The notes: generated from the letters alone by a model not told the origin. A stretch of 64,000 nucleotides of DNA from Candidatus Ligilactobacillus excrementigallinarum (GCA_019114385.1 DXFP01000007.1:2354-66353); one strand, 5' to 3'; positions 37,733 through 48,015 are shown, counted from the first letter of the stretch. Translations and numbers: made by a program.

Positions 37733-39085
37733 TTACTTTTTCGTCATTACCCGATTGTATTTCTTGGTGAAGAAAATCAACAGCAATACTGAAGCCAAGA
37801 AATAGAAGACACTGGTAATGTAGTAGGCTGTCGCATATCCCGCACTTGTCTTTAACAAAACATTTTGTGTAAAGAGGCCAACCAAAATTCCAATCACAGC
37901 ATTCACAATCGTCATTAGTGAACTGAAAGCTGGCCGCATATCTTTAGAAACCAAAATCATCTGCAATGACTGTTGAATTGGCATTGCAGCATTGGCCAAT
38001 CCAGAACGAATGAACAAAATAACACCGATTACAATTACAATGGCTCCACCAAAGATATTTCCTTTAGCAATCATCAACATCATTGGAATACATAAAATTG
38101 TAGTAACTGCATTTGAAACTACTGATCCCATCTTCTTTTCCAACCATGGAGCGAACATGTAACCAATGACCATCGCAATTGTTTGCAATGAAATAATTGT
38201 AGAAACCGTTCCACGTTGAATGTGCAAGAATTCATTCAAGTAAATTGGGAAATATGGTACTACTAACAAAATTCCAATTTGAGTTAATCCTAAGAAGACT
38301 AACCATAAAATGACATCTTTTTTAGCCAAAACTTTGAAATCCAATGCATTCTTGGCACTGTTTTCTTCTTTTTCAGCTTTTGTCTCAATATAGTCAGTCC
38401 GCTTTTCTTTCAATAAGAAGGCACTGAAGAATGCCAAAACCATCAAAACAACTGCAATCGTAATCACTGTTTTATATCCGATAATATAGTTGTGCAGCTG
38501 CGTATGGTTCATTTTACTGTAATCTGCGGACAAAGCTGAAGCAGCAGTATATGAAATTTTTTGCTTAATACTAAAAATCCAAACAACAATTTTGCCGCCG
38601 AAAAATGAAACCACCGCCTGCATAATCAAGTTCACACACATTACCACTGACATCATAAATGTCCGCTTTTTCCGCGGAACATATGATGTGTACATTAATG
38701 GGTACATAAAATCATACAAACTGACACCGGCTGTAATCAAAATATAGGCAACCGCAACAATTGCCGTATTATCTGACATAATCGTCACAACCATGGACAG
38801 CACTGTGATGATTGGCGTGAATAGCAAAATTTTTTTGTAGCCAACCTTATGAACATACAATAGTAAAATCGCAACGATTAATTGACCAATTGCTGAATAC
38901 ATGTTTAAACCAGTTACAACCTTCGGGGCAATAATATCTAAATATGAAACTAATGTATATAAAGTAACCCCTGCAACTCCCCCAAGCAAACCATAGATCA
39001 AAACATATACCCAAACATTGCGTTTGTAACGCGTATCCCATTGTAAAGAATCGTCATCGTCTAAGTAAACATCGGTGTTTGACAT
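37733..39085 (-). CDS. MFS transporter
   Basis: About 12 TM segments in 450 aa. Start ATG 39085 lies 9 nt after AGGGGAG; the ORF-track TTG 39094 abuts the RBS. Confidence 0.75.
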   Translation of the reverse strand: MSNTDVYLDDDDSLQWDTRYKRNVWVYVLIYGLLGGVAGVTLYTLVSYLDIIAPKVVTGLNMYSAIGQLIVAILLLYVHKVGYKKILLFTPIITVLSMVVTIMSDNTAIVAVAYILITAGVSLYDFMYPLMYTSYVPRKKRTFMMSVVMCVNLIMQAVVSFFGGKIVVWIFSIKQKISYTAASALSADYSKMNHTQLHNYIIGYKTVITIAVVLMVLAFFSAFLLKEKRTDYIETKAEKEENSAKNALDFKVLAKKDVILWLVFLGLTQIGILLVVPYFPIYLNEFLHIQRGTVSTIISLQTIAMVIGYMFAPWLEKKMGSVVSNAVTTILCIPMMLMIAKGNIFGGAIVIVIGVILFIRSGLANAAMPIQQSLQMILVSKDMRPAFSSLMTIVNAVIGILVGLFTQNVLLKTSAGYATAYYITSVFYFLASVLLLIFFTKKYNRVMTKK

Positions 39086-39185
39086 GTTGATCAACTCCCC
39101 TAATTAATGAATTGTAAAGATATATACTACCTAATTTAATTTTATAATAATTTTTTAATGTAATGAGTTTAGGCAAAGAAAATGG

Positions 39186-39290
39186 GCAAGTGCGAAAGTC
39201 GTCTTGAGTCAGAATAGTATAAGCTGTCCATTGCGCCTGAATAAGTTAGCCATTCAAAGTACTTGCGTACTTATCTTAGAACGACACAAA
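39186..39290 (+). repeat. Family-2 repeat, copy g (degenerate); fused tail-to-tail with copy G
   Basis: GAAAGTCGTCTTGA...GTATAAGCTGTCCATTGCGCCTGAATAAGTTAGCCATTCAAAGTACTTGCGTACTTATCTTAGA aligns with copy a. Confidence 0.65.
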
Positions 39291-39453
39291 TAGGAATTGT
39301 GACATAAGTCCAGCCTCTATTCTTATATCCGCACAATCAGGTTCCAAAACAAACAGGCATGTCTGTAAATTCAAAAGCCTCCGAATTAATCCTACGTAAT
39401 TCGTTCGTTTTTTCCTTACAACATGCCTGTTTAGGGTGTTTTGTCACACCTTC
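39291..39453 (-). repeat. Family-1 repeat, copy G (full length, sense to pduO)
   Basis: The reverse complement carries GAAGGTGTGACAAAACACCCTAAACAGGCATGTTG...ACGAACGAATTACGTAGGATTAATTCGGAGG...ACAGACATGCCTGTTTGTTTTGGAACCTGATTGTGCGGATATAAGAATAGAGGCTGGACTTATGTCACAATTCC. Confidence 0.9.
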
Positions 39454-39462
39454 TTATACTTA

Positions 39463-39996
39463 TTATATTTTGCTTGTTGGAATATCTTGGTAGCCATCTA
39501 ATTTGTTAGCATAACGAGCAAGTACAAACAAATAATCAGATAGTCGATTCATAAACATTAAGATTTCATCATTGACTGTTGCTTGCTGTGCATATGCTGC
39601 CAGCATCCGTTCAGCTCGTCGTGCAATCGTACGAGCATATTGCAAATTTGCCCCTGTTGTTTTTCCTCCAGGTAAAATAAACTCCTTAATCTCCGTTACC
39701 TGTGCACGCAAGTCATCAATATGTTGTTCAAGTTTTATGGTATCTTGAGCAGTTACTGTATGATGATTACAAACCGCAATATCTGCTTGCAATTCATACA
39801 GAAACTTTTGTACACATTGAATTTCATACTTAATTTGCTGGCACTCATTAGACAAGCCGGCAACAGTCACTCCTAGCCAAGATTCCAGTTCATCAATTGC
39901 ACCTAATGTCTGAATTTGCAAGTCATTTTTAGCAACCATTTTCCCCGAAGCCTGTTTGGTCATTCCATGGTCGCCAACGCGTGTGTATATTTTCAA
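39463..39996 (-). CDS. pduO: PduO-type ATP:cob(I)alamin adenosyltransferase
   Basis: N-terminal KIYTRVGDHGMT (T(K/R)xGDxGxT motif) in a 177 aa four-helix-bundle family. TTG start follows AAGGA. Confidence 0.88.
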   Translation of the reverse strand: MKIYTRVGDHGMTKQASGKMVAKNDLQIQTLGAIDELESWLGVTVAGLSNECQQIKYEIQCVQKFLYELQADIAVCNHHTVTAQDTIKLEQHIDDLRAQVTEIKEFILPGGKTTGANLQYARTIARRAERMLAAYAQQATVNDEILMFMNRLSDYLFVLARYANKLDGYQDIPTSKI

Positions 39997-40001
39997 TTTT
40001 C

Positions 40002-40532
40002 TCAGTCCTTGATTGTATTTAATGCGGCATTCACTGGGCGATATAGCAAGGGATAGAATCCCAGATTTCCCAAGGCATGATAGGCATCAAACAGAACACC
40101 ATTCAGATAATAAATCCAAAATCCATGAACACTGCCAACTGCAAACATCCCCCAGCTGACAATCAAGCCATACTCAAAACCTAAAAATACCGCTAGTCCT
40201 AATTGCATCCTAAATGAATTTTTTAAGTTCAAAAACTTTTTACAAAAAGCCACCGTTAAGATAACTGCAATATATGCCATAATCTGCGGAACAGTCCAAA
40301 TTCCAAACCCTAAAATTACGTTTGAAAGAATCATTGTAATCACTGCTACCGGCATACTAATCGCCATTCCCAAATTTAAAGTTAACAGCATTAAAATATC
40401 GGTGTCAGGCTGTACGTTGGGAATTGGCAAATGGATAATCCGAAAAGTAATGCAAAATGCACTAAATAATCCAATTAAAGTAATTTTTTTAATTCTTTGG
40501 CGAATTTCCGTATGTTTAAGTCGTGAATGCAT
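40002..40532 (-). CDS. cbrT: ECF-transporter S component, CbrT-like (cobalamin-specific by context)
   Basis: 176 aa with 6 TM segments. It sits between a DUF4430 lipoprotein and pduO, downstream of the B12-dependent RNR. Its ATG overlaps the upstream stop (TAATG). Confidence 0.6.
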   Translation of the reverse strand: MHSRLKHTEIRQRIKKITLIGLFSAFCITFRIIHLPIPNVQPDTDILMLLTLNLGMAISMPVAVITMILSNVILGFGIWTVPQIMAYIAVILTVAFCKKFLNLKNSFRMQLGLAVFLGFEYGLIVSWGMFAVGSVHGFWIYYLNGVLFDAYHALGNLGFYPLLYRPVNAALNTIKD

Positions 40533-40924
40533 TATTGATTTACCGTCTGCAAATCAAAATCAATTTTGTCATTACGATGGACTTTTTGCTTAGCAACCCC
40601 ATTTTGAGCTTCCTGACCGTTAATTTTATACATCCAGTAAACTTTTTGTTTCTCATTTTGTGTATTATTATCAATAGAAGTTACCATGCCTTTGTTCAGT
40701 TTTACTTTCCAACCAGTCTTTTGCAGACCTTTCAACACAGTTGCCCCATTTTTAACTTTCACCTTTTTAGATGCAAATTCATGATGTTGGCGTTTCAAAT
40801 TATATGTAATCGTAATTTGGTTGTCGTTGGCCGCTGATTTTGAATGGGTCGTTTGATTGCCGCATCCAGCCAATCCGAATACTAAAGCAAATACTAATGT
40901 TAATTGGGTAAATAATTTCTTCAT
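40532..40924 (-). CDS. DUF4430 lipoprotein (transcobalamin-like domain)
   Basis: Lipobox LAGC in MKKLFTQLTLVFALVFGLAGCGN. A 130 aa beta-rich domain. RBS AAGGAG. Confidence 0.65.
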   Translation of the reverse strand: MKKLFTQLTLVFALVFGLAGCGNQTTHSKSAANDNQITITYNLKRQHHEFASKKVKVKNGATVLKGLQKTGWKVKLNKGMVTSIDNNTQNEKQKVYWMYKINGQEAQNGVAKQKVHRNDKIDFDLQTVNQ

Positions 40925-40942
40925 TTCAATTCTCCTTAAATC

Positions 40943-43177
40943 TTATTTAATTGGGCAAGCTCCGCCTTCACAATCACTTTGACCAATCAGTTCTAAGCCT
41001 TTGACATCTGTTTGATTTAATTGAGCAAAGACTTGTTCTGGATTACCAGCAATTTCTGCTTTGCGTTCTTTAAATTCTGTCTTAGAAATTGGTTGTTTAG
41101 GCGCTTGCTGTAATTCACCGCCAAAATATGGCAATAGCGATGTTGATTTTGTGATAAAGCGGTACTGTTGGAATAAGCTAGCAATTTTATCAGCTTCATC
41201 ATCCTTAAACGTAATCGTGCAGCTAACCGCATTATCAGACCAATATGTTTGTAAAAATGCCTGTGTTGCAAATTGCTCTTCAATTGAAACATCACCGGCA
41301 GACACAAATTGATCATTATCTGCATAGGCGGCCCGCAATGGAAATTCCACACACATTGTATGTGGTGTATAAATGTCGGGTTCCATATGATATCCGCATT
41401 TTTTCAAAGCTGGCAGCAATGGATCTGTATCTTGGAAACGAATTCGTTGAATCAGATAGCCTGCATAGTGAAAATGCATTCCTTCTGAAACTCCTGCCAA
41501 TTTAGCCACTGTACCAGAAGGCTTAACTGTTGTATGTTTAATTGACATTGCACATTCCAGTTCAGCTGAATATTCCAAATCTGCAGCAACTACTGTTTGA
41601 TAAAGCTCATCAAATTTTTGACAGATTTCTTCATCATAAATCGGCTTTTTAATTGTTTGTTGTAATTGCTCATCATATACTTCTTCAAAGCCTTTAACTG
41701 CTCGCCGATGGAATGAATTCAATAACCAATCTTGAATTCCTGACATTGAAACCCCAATTCGCCGATTCTTGTGAATTATTTCTCGGGAAATTTCCCAGTC
41801 ATATTTGCTGAAAGTTACACGTTTGGTATAGCGAGCAGCTAACTTGAAGGCTTGCTTTAAATCCCAACCCTGCTGTTCAACAATATATGGAAAAACATCA
41901 AATAGATTGCATGGTTCGCCATTTGCTAATGAAATTTCTCCGCATGGATTAGTTCCTTCAATTGCGGCATCGATTCCCGGTTGGCGTCCATCAATTATTC
42001 GTCCATAATTTTGTGATAATTCCAAATTCAAAATTCCAGGTTCGCCATTATGTTGAATAGAATCTGCAATCGGCTGATAATTTGTAAATTGACTATCAAC
42101 TGCCACACTGTTATTTGAGGCCCAACGATGATGATTTAATTTTTCTTGATCCTGCTTCATCGTAATGAAAGCTTGATCATCATTTGAACCTAATGCTAAT
42201 TCAGCTGAGCGCCGTACATTTCCTGCAACAACCGTCTTCCCGATTAAATTTCCAATATCTGTACAATCTACAGAACTTAAATGTGCACCAACTCGGTTAT
42301 TCAATAAATTATTTACATCATTCAACAATTCAACCAATGGCATTGGACCGGATGAAGTACCGCCAAAACCGTGAATCTTAGTTCCTTTTGCTCGAATTTT
42401 ACTAATATCCAATACCAAATGCTGCTTCATGAATTTATTCGTAGAATTAAAATGCATATCTATCATCATTGCATTAGCTAATACCCAGCCTTCGCGTGTA
42501 TCAGGAATCTCATAGTATACAACATCTTTTAAATTATTTTTAGCTTTCCATTCATCAAAATCAAGGGCTCCAACCATCAAAGCGTCTTCATATGATTGAC
42601 TCTGCCGGTCAATGACCACTTCTAATTTAATTTTTTGATCAACTGCTGGAATTTGTGCAATATTTTCTTTGACCACTGAAAAACCAACTCCGCCGCCCTT
42701 CATTGATTCATCAAACATGAATGAATATGGCATTGAAACAGCCTTTTCATCTGGTTTTAAATAACTAGGAATAATATGACTATTGCCGTAAGCTTGCGGC
42801 CGAATTGCAATAAACCAACAGTTATTTAATGAATCTCCCGTTCGTTTCTGATAATTTGTTCCCGAAATCCATAAATTTCTACCGGATGGAACAATAGCTA
42901 AACCATAAACCATTTTAAATAATGCTTCAGCTTCTGCAGTTAATTCTTTAATTACGGCAGGAGCAACTTCTTCTTGATGCAAGCGCGGATCTAAATTAAT
43001 ATTTCCTTCGATTACCCGCTTAACAGTTTCATCCCAATTTTCAGTGCGTTGCTGATCTTCCAACCATCGTGCATACGTCCTTTTATATGTTACCCAGCCT
43101 AATTCTCCCCAATGAGGCGTTACAGTTTGTTTTACTTTTTCAATATATTGTGGTGATAATTCAATTTCATTCGACAT
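40943..43177 (-). CDS. rtpR: Adenosylcobalamin-dependent ribonucleoside-triphosphate reductase (class II, monomeric)
   Basis: Collinear with the Lactobacillus leichmannii RTPR as I recall it (HWGELGWVTYKRTYARW, TNPCGEISLANGEPCNL, C-terminal CEGGACPIK). Start ATG 43177 (MSNEIELS...) lies 8 nt after AAAGGAG. Confidence 0.95.
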   Translation of the reverse strand: MSNEIELSPQYIEKVKQTVTPHWGELGWVTYKRTYARWLEDQQRTENWDETVKRVIEGNINLDPRLHQEEVAPAVIKELTAEAEALFKMVYGLAIVPSGRNLWISGTNYQKRTGDSLNNCWFIAIRPQAYGNSHIIPSYLKPDEKAVSMPYSFMFDESMKGGGVGFSVVKENIAQIPAVDQKIKLEVVIDRQSQSYEDALMVGALDFDEWKAKNNLKDVVYYEIPDTREGWVLANAMMIDMHFNSTNKFMKQHLVLDISKIRAKGTKIHGFGGTSSGPMPLVELLNDVNNLLNNRVGAHLSSVDCTDIGNLIGKTVVAGNVRRSAELALGSNDDQAFITMKQDQEKLNHHRWASNNSVAVDSQFTNYQPIADSIQHNGEPGILNLELSQNYGRIIDGRQPGIDAAIEGTNPCGEISLANGEPCNLFDVFPYIVEQQGWDLKQAFKLAARYTKRVTFSKYDWEISREIIHKNRRIGVSMSGIQDWLLNSFHRRAVKGFEEVYDEQLQQTIKKPIYDEEICQKFDELYQTVVAADLEYSAELECAMSIKHTTVKPSGTVAKLAGVSEGMHFHYAGYLIQRIRFQDTDPLLPALKKCGYHMEPDIYTPHTMCVEFPLRAAYADNDQFVSAGDVSIEEQFATQAFLQTYWSDNAVSCTITFKDDEADKIASLFQQYRFITKSTSLLPYFGGELQQAPKQPISKTEFKERKAEIAGNPEQVFAQLNQTDVKGLELIGQSDCEGGACPIK

Positions 43178-43193
43178 CTTGTGGTCTCCTTTC

Positions 43194-43241
43194 ACTCAAC
43201 ATATAGTATCATCATCTTTTTGCAGATACAACATGTTGTTA
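43194..43241 (-). promoter_or_regulatory. Tandem NrdR boxes overlapping the predicted rtpR promoter
   Basis: ACTCAACATATAGTAT (43194-43209) and ATACAACATGTTGTTA (43226-43241) both satisfy the core CwAnATnTwG of the NrdR box. Centres are 32 bp apart. Minus-strand TTGTAT-N17-TACTAT hexamers lie inside the boxes. Confidence 0.6.
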
Positions 43242-43388
43242 AAAACATAACTGTGGAAAACCTTTTTTAAACCCGCCAGCACTTGGTCAAAAAAATTTAT
43301 TAAAAATTATGTTTTAAACCACCCATTTAACTCCGTAAATAATTTACAAAACATTTACATGGAACTATATATTTTCAATAATCAATAT

Positions 43389-43413
43389 GTTATCTTTAAG
43401 ATGTAAAGATAAC
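43389..43413 (+). promoter_or_regulatory. Perfect 10-bp inverted repeat in the P-type ATPase leader (operator or 5' stem-loop)
   Basis: GTTATCTTTA-agatg-TAAAGATAAC, about 20 nt upstream of the RBS and just downstream of a possible TTTACA-N17-AATAAT promoter. Confidence 0.4.
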
Positions 43414-43451
43414 TACTACTTAATTAATTTCAAGGAGGATTTCGATATAGA

Positions 43452-46100
43452 TTGAAAACAAGATTTTATCAGATGACTGATCAAGCGGTCCTGAAGCAAC
43501 TAGATTCTTCTGCTGATGGACTTACTTCTTCACAAGTACAAGAGCGCCAACAAAAATTCGCCAAAAATGTACTTGCTGCCAAAAAGCACACAACATTGCT
43601 TCAAAAATTCGTCGCGCAATTCAAAGACATGATGATTATTATTTTGATTGCTGCAGCTCTAGTTGCGATGCTTGCTGGTGAAGTTTCCGATGCACTAATC
43701 ATTTTCTTAGTAGTCTTGCTGAACGCCATTTTTGGAGTTTTCCAAGAAGCCAAAGCAGAAAATGCAATCGATGCCTTACAAGAAATGACCACTCCAACTA
43801 CACGAGTTCGTCGAAACGGAGTTGTTACTCAAATCAAGAGCGAAGAACTCGTACCTGGAGACATTGTGTTATTAGAAGCCGGAGACATTGTGCCAGCTGA
43901 TGTTCGTTTACTTTCTGCAAATAACCTTAAAATTGAAGAAGCAGCATTAACCGGCGAGTCTGTTCCAGTTGAAAAGAATACTGCAGTGATGACGAAAGAG
44001 CAGCCGCCATTAGGTGAGCAACATAACTTAGGTTTCATGAATACTAATGTAACTTATGGAACTGCTGAAGCTGTAGTTATCCGCACTGGAATGCAGACCG
44101 AAGTGGGCCACATTGCTTCAATGCTTAATGATGTTGAAAAAGCAATGACTCCACTGCAAAAGAACATTACTCATTTAAGTAAAGTTTTAAGTATTTTAAT
44201 TTTGTTAATTGCCATTGTAATTTTTATTTTTGGAACAGTGACTGGACGTGAATCAGTGCTAGACATGCTATTAACTGCGATTTCACTTGCTGTTGCGGCT
44301 ATTCCGGAAGGATTGCCAGCAATTGTAACCATTACTTTAGCATTAGGAACACAGTCAATGGCTAAACGCCAGGCATTGGTACGCAAATTACCTGCTGTTG
44401 AAACTTTAGGCTCAACCGAAATTATTGCTTCTGATAAAACCGGAACATTAACTCAAAATAAGATGACAGTGGAACAGTTTTATGAAAATGGAAAATTAAC
44501 GAATGCTGACAACTACCAAACAACCATTAACGATCACTTACCACAAATTATGATTCTGGCAAACGATAGCCAAAAAACACCAGATGGTCTTGTAGGTGAT
44601 CCAACTGAAACTGCCTTGATTCAATACTATTTAGATCATAATTTCCCGGTAAATAAAATCGAAAATGAGTTTATTCGAGTAGGTTCAATTCCATTTGAAT
44701 CAGAAAGAAAATTAATGTCTGTGATTGTTCGTGATCAAAATCAACAATTATCAGTCATGACAAAAGGTGCCGTTGATGAACTTTTACGCCGAACAACTCA
44801 AATTTTAGATAATGGCAAAGTTCGCAAAATTAATGAAAATGACCGGAAACAAATTCTTAAAATCAATCATGATTTAGCGCAAGATGCCTTACGGGTTTTA
44901 GGATACGCATATCGGCCATTGACAAATCCAGATGCGGAATTTACTTCTGAAAATTATGAACATGACTTGATTTTTGTCGGGTTAACCGGAATGATTGATC
45001 CGCAACGACCAGAAGTAAAAAATGCGGTAAAAGAAGCCAAGGAAGCTGGTATTCGTCCATTAATGATTACTGGAGATCATAAAGATACTGCCCGTGCAAT
45101 CGCTATTCGTTTGGGAATTATTAGTCCAGACAATTATAATGGAGTAATTACCGGACATGAACTTGATCAAATGTCAGATAAAGAGTTACGCAAAAAGATT
45201 ACTCAATATTCTGTCTTCGCCCGCGTTGCGCCTGAACATAAAGTGCGCATCGTGAAAGCTTGGCAATCACATGGCAAAGTCGTAGCGATGACTGGTGACG
45301 GTGTCAATGATGCTCCAGCATTAAAAACCGCCGATATTGGAGTTGGAATGGGCATTACCGGGACAGAAGTTTCTAAAAATGCCTCCGATATTGTTTTAGC
45401 CGACGATAACTTTGCAACCATCATTGTCGCAGTTAAAGAAGGCCGGAAAGTCTTTGCTAACATTCAAAAAGCAATTCAATATCTGCTTTCTGCAAACTTA
45501 GGCGAAGTCTTAACTTTATCAATGATGACGTTCCTAAACTGGACAATTTTTGCCCCCGTTCAGATTTTATGGATCAACTTAGTAACTGATACTTTTCCAG
45601 CAATTGCATTGGGAATTGAAAAAAGTGAAAAAGGCATCATGAAGCAAAAGCCGCGCGGAAATCGTTCTAATTTTCTTTCAAACGGTGTAGGTGCAAGTAT
45701 TATCTATCAAGGATTGCTTGAAGGTTTAATTACCTTAGGTGTTTACTGGTATGCATTACATTTTCCATTCCACCATAACAGCGCTGCAATCCACGCCGAC
45801 GCCTTAACGATGGCATATGCAACTTTAGGCTTATTGCAGCTATTCCATGCTTTTAACTGTAAATCATTGCATGGTTCGATTTTTAACAAACAGATTTTCA
45901 ATAACAAATTTTTTAATTTATCAATCTTAGCTTCTGCCCTCTTGCTAGGTGCCACAATCTTTATTCCTGGATTTAACAAAACATTCCACGTTACTCAATT
46001 AGCATTTCAACAATGGTTAATCGTTATTCTAGCAGGCGTGCTATTGATTTCAATCGTTGAAATTGTAAAATTTGTGATTCGCAAAAAAAATCAAGCTTAG
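43452..46100 (+). CDS. P-type Ca2+-transporting ATPase (PMCA/SERCA-like, P2A)
   Basis: DKTGTLT phosphorylation site, [17 protein letters not shown], and 10 TM segments. TTG start lies 12 nt after AAGGAGG; an ATG at 43473 is the alternative. Confidence 0.9.
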   Translation: MKTRFYQMTDQAVLKQLDSSADGLTSSQVQERQQKFAKNVLAAKKHTTLLQKFVAQFKDMMIIILIAAALVAMLAGEVSDALIIFLVVLLNAIFGVFQEAKAENAIDALQEMTTPTTRVRRNGVVTQIKSEELVPGDIVLLEAGDIVPADVRLLSANNLKIEEAALTGESVPVEKNTAVMTKEQPPLGEQHNLGFMNTNVTYGTAEAVVIRTGMQTEVGHIASMLNDVEKAMTPLQKNITHLSKVLSILILLIAIVIFIFGTVTGRESVLDMLLTAISLAVAAIPEGLPAIVTITLALGTQSMAKRQALVRKLPAVETLGSTEIIASDKTGTLTQNKMTVEQFYENGKLTNADNYQTTINDHLPQIMILANDSQKTPDGLVGDPTETALIQYYLDHNFPVNKIENEFIRVGSIPFESERKLMSVIVRDQNQQLSVMTKGAVDELLRRTTQILDNGKVRKINENDRKQILKINHDLAQDALRVLGYAYRPLTNPDAEFTSENYEHDLIFVGLTGMIDPQRPEVKNAVKEAKEAGIRPLMITGDHKDTARAIAIRLGIISPDNYNGVITGHELDQMSDKELRKKITQYSVFARVAPEHKVRIVKAWQSHGKVVAMTGDGVNDAPALKTADIGVGMGITGTEVSKNASDIVLADDNFATIIVAVKEGRKVFANIQKAIQYLLSANLGEVLTLSMMTFLNWTIFAPVQILWINLVTDTFPAIALGIEKSEKGIMKQKPRGNRSNFLSNGVGASIIYQGLLEGLITLGVYWYALHFPFHHNSAAIHADALTMAYATLGLLQLFHAFNCKSLHGSIFNKQIFNNKFFNLSILASALLLGATIFIPGFNKTFHVTQLAFQQWLIVILAGVLLISIVEIVKFVIRKKNQA

Positions 46101-46111
46101 ATGAACTAAAA

Positions 46112-46281
46112 AGGAAAGTGTGACACAACACCAACAAACAGGCATGTTGTAAGGAAAAGCTGAACGAATTATGTAGTATTGATTCGGAGTTTTTCAACTT
46201 ACAGTCATGCCTGTTTGTTTTTGAACATGATTATACAGATATAAAAATAGAGGCTGGACTTATGTCACAGCCTCATTTTTT
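46112..46281 (+). repeat. Family-1 repeat, copy H (full length, sense to the ATPase gene)
   Basis: GGAAAGTGTGACACAACACC...AAACAGGCATGTTG...GAACGAATTATGTAGTATTGATTCGGAG...ACAGTCATGCCTGTTTG...GATTATACAGATATAAAAATAGAGGCTGGACTTATGTCACAGCCTC plus a T-run. Confidence 0.9.
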
Positions 46282-46289
46282 CTATTTTA

Positions 46290-46400
46290 AAAAGCCTTTG
46301 TTCTTCTTAGTTGTGCATATCTTGCCTAGCAAGACTAAATATAAGTACGTAGTTCACAGACGCGACCTGCGACCTGTATACGCAAATCATTCTGTCTGTT
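46290..46400 (-). repeat. Family-2 repeat, copy h (degenerate, sense to dtpT)
   Basis: On the minus strand after the dtpT stop: ...GCGTATACAGGTCGCAGGTCGCG...ACGTACTTATATTTAGTCTTGCTAGG, alignable with the copy c stem region. Confidence 0.55.
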
Positions 46401-47888
46401 CTAATCTACTCCATCCATCAAACTGTGAATCTTCTTTACAAAGAAGCACAAAATCAAACCGAATACTACGCTGACTGCTCCAATAATTAAGAAGTATGGG
46501 ACTTCAGTTGCTGATGAGTAGAAGCGTACAATTTGCGAATTAATTGCTTGTCCAGCGGCATCTGCTAAGAACCACATACTCATCATTTGTGAACGGAAAG
46601 CTTTTGGAGCCAATTTAGTTGTTACTGACAAACCAATTGGAGAAATCAACATTTCACCAATTTCAACGATAAACCATGAACCAACTAACCAGAATGGACT
46701 TACTCGACCATGTGTACCGTAAAGCATTCCTGGAATTGCCATCCATGCATATGATAATCCGGCAAAAATCAAGCCTGCTGCAAACTTACCTGGTGCACTA
46801 GGTTGTTTCTTCCAGTGATTCCAAAGCCAAACAAATAACGGCGTCAAAATCATAATGAATAATGGGTTCAATGTTTGGAAGTTTGACGCAGCAAAGTGCC
46901 ATGAACCAATATGTAAAACTGTCCGATTTTCAGCAAATAATGCCAACACAACTGAACCTGATTCTTCAATTGCCCAGAAAATAGCTGCTGCGATGAACAA
47001 TGGAATGTATGCACATACTCGTGAACGTTCCACTTTTGTAACTTTAGTACTCTTCAACATCATTACAAAGTAGATAATTGGTAATGCCACTGCAACAATT
47101 GTGATTAACATAATTACATTATCAATGTTTAAGTTACCTGTAATTCCCATAATTGCCAAAACAACAACTAAAGCAGCCACACCTAAAGTAATCCGCTTTG
47201 TTAATGGCTTCATTTCTTCTTTGCTGATTGGGTCTTTGGGTAACAAACTGCTCTTTGATAAATATTTCTTACCGTCAAAGTAGTATTGAATTAAACCAAC
47301 AAACATTCCAATTGCAGCCAATGCAAAACCAGCGTGGAAGTCCATGTTGCCATGATGACCAAATAAGTTAGCTACAAATGGCACAGCCCATGGTGCAATC
47401 GCAGCACCCAAATTAATTCCGAAAACAAAAATGTTGAAGCCGGCATCCCGTCTGCGATCTGTTTCGCTATACAAGTCACCAACCATATCTGATACATTTG
47501 GTTTTAATAAACCAGTACCAACAACAATCAAACCAATTGAAACATATAATGCAGTTGCTCCAAATGGTAATGATAAGGCAATGTGCCCTAACATAATAAA
47601 TACACCGCCAATGAAGACCGTCTTGCGACTTCCCCAGACACGGTCACTTAACCAACCACCAACAACTCCGGCCATATAAACTAGTGAACCGTAAATTGAC
47701 ATGATTGAGGCAGCAGTTCCTTCACTAAATCCTAATCCACCCTTGCTAATTGCAAAGTACATGTAGAATAACAGGATGGCCCGCATCCCATAATAACTGA
47801 ACCGTTCCCACATTTCAGTTGAGAATAATGTGAGCAAGCCCCGCGGCTGACCAAAGAACGCTTGATCTTGTTTCTGCTGTGTATCCAT
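46401..47888 (-). CDS. dtpT: Di-/tripeptide:proton symporter (POT family)
   Basis: [12 protein letters not shown] (ExxERFxYYG) motif in 495 aa. RBS GAGAGGAAGAG. Confidence 0.92.
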   Translation of the reverse strand: MDTQQKQDQAFFGQPRGLLTLFSTEMWERFSYYGMRAILLFYMYFAISKGGLGFSEGTAASIMSIYGSLVYMAGVVGGWLSDRVWGSRKTVFIGGVFIMLGHIALSLPFGATALYVSIGLIVVGTGLLKPNVSDMVGDLYSETDRRRDAGFNIFVFGINLGAAIAPWAVPFVANLFGHHGNMDFHAGFALAAIGMFVGLIQYYFDGKKYLSKSSLLPKDPISKEEMKPLTKRITLGVAALVVVLAIMGITGNLNIDNVIMLITIVAVALPIIYFVMMLKSTKVTKVERSRVCAYIPLFIAAAIFWAIEESGSVVLALFAENRTVLHIGSWHFAASNFQTLNPLFIMILTPLFVWLWNHWKKQPSAPGKFAAGLIFAGLSYAWMAIPGMLYGTHGRVSPFWLVGSWFIVEIGEMLISPIGLSVTTKLAPKAFRSQMMSMWFLADAAGQAINSQIVRFYSSATEVPYFLIIGAVSVVFGLILCFFVKKIHSLMDGVD

Positions 47889-47986
47889 AAATCTCTTCCT
47901 CTCAAAAAACTATAATTTTTTAACTATCAATAAATTTATCTAATAATATTAAAGAAAATTATTCATTAATTTTATCGATATTTTCA

Positions 47987-48015
47987 ATTATAATAATAAA
48001 ATTAAATTTTGACAA
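47987..48015 (-). promoter_or_regulatory. Sigma-A promoter of dtpT
   Basis: Minus strand TTGTCA-N17-TATAAT, about 100 nt upstream of the start codon. Confidence 0.55.

Noticed and set aside
43178-43451. Cobalamin riboswitch upstream of rtpR
   Set aside because: The leader implied by the predicted promoter is only about 20 nt, and no B12-box-like sequence was seen on the minus strand. NrdR boxes explain the conserved palindromes instead. A covariance-model search is still needed.
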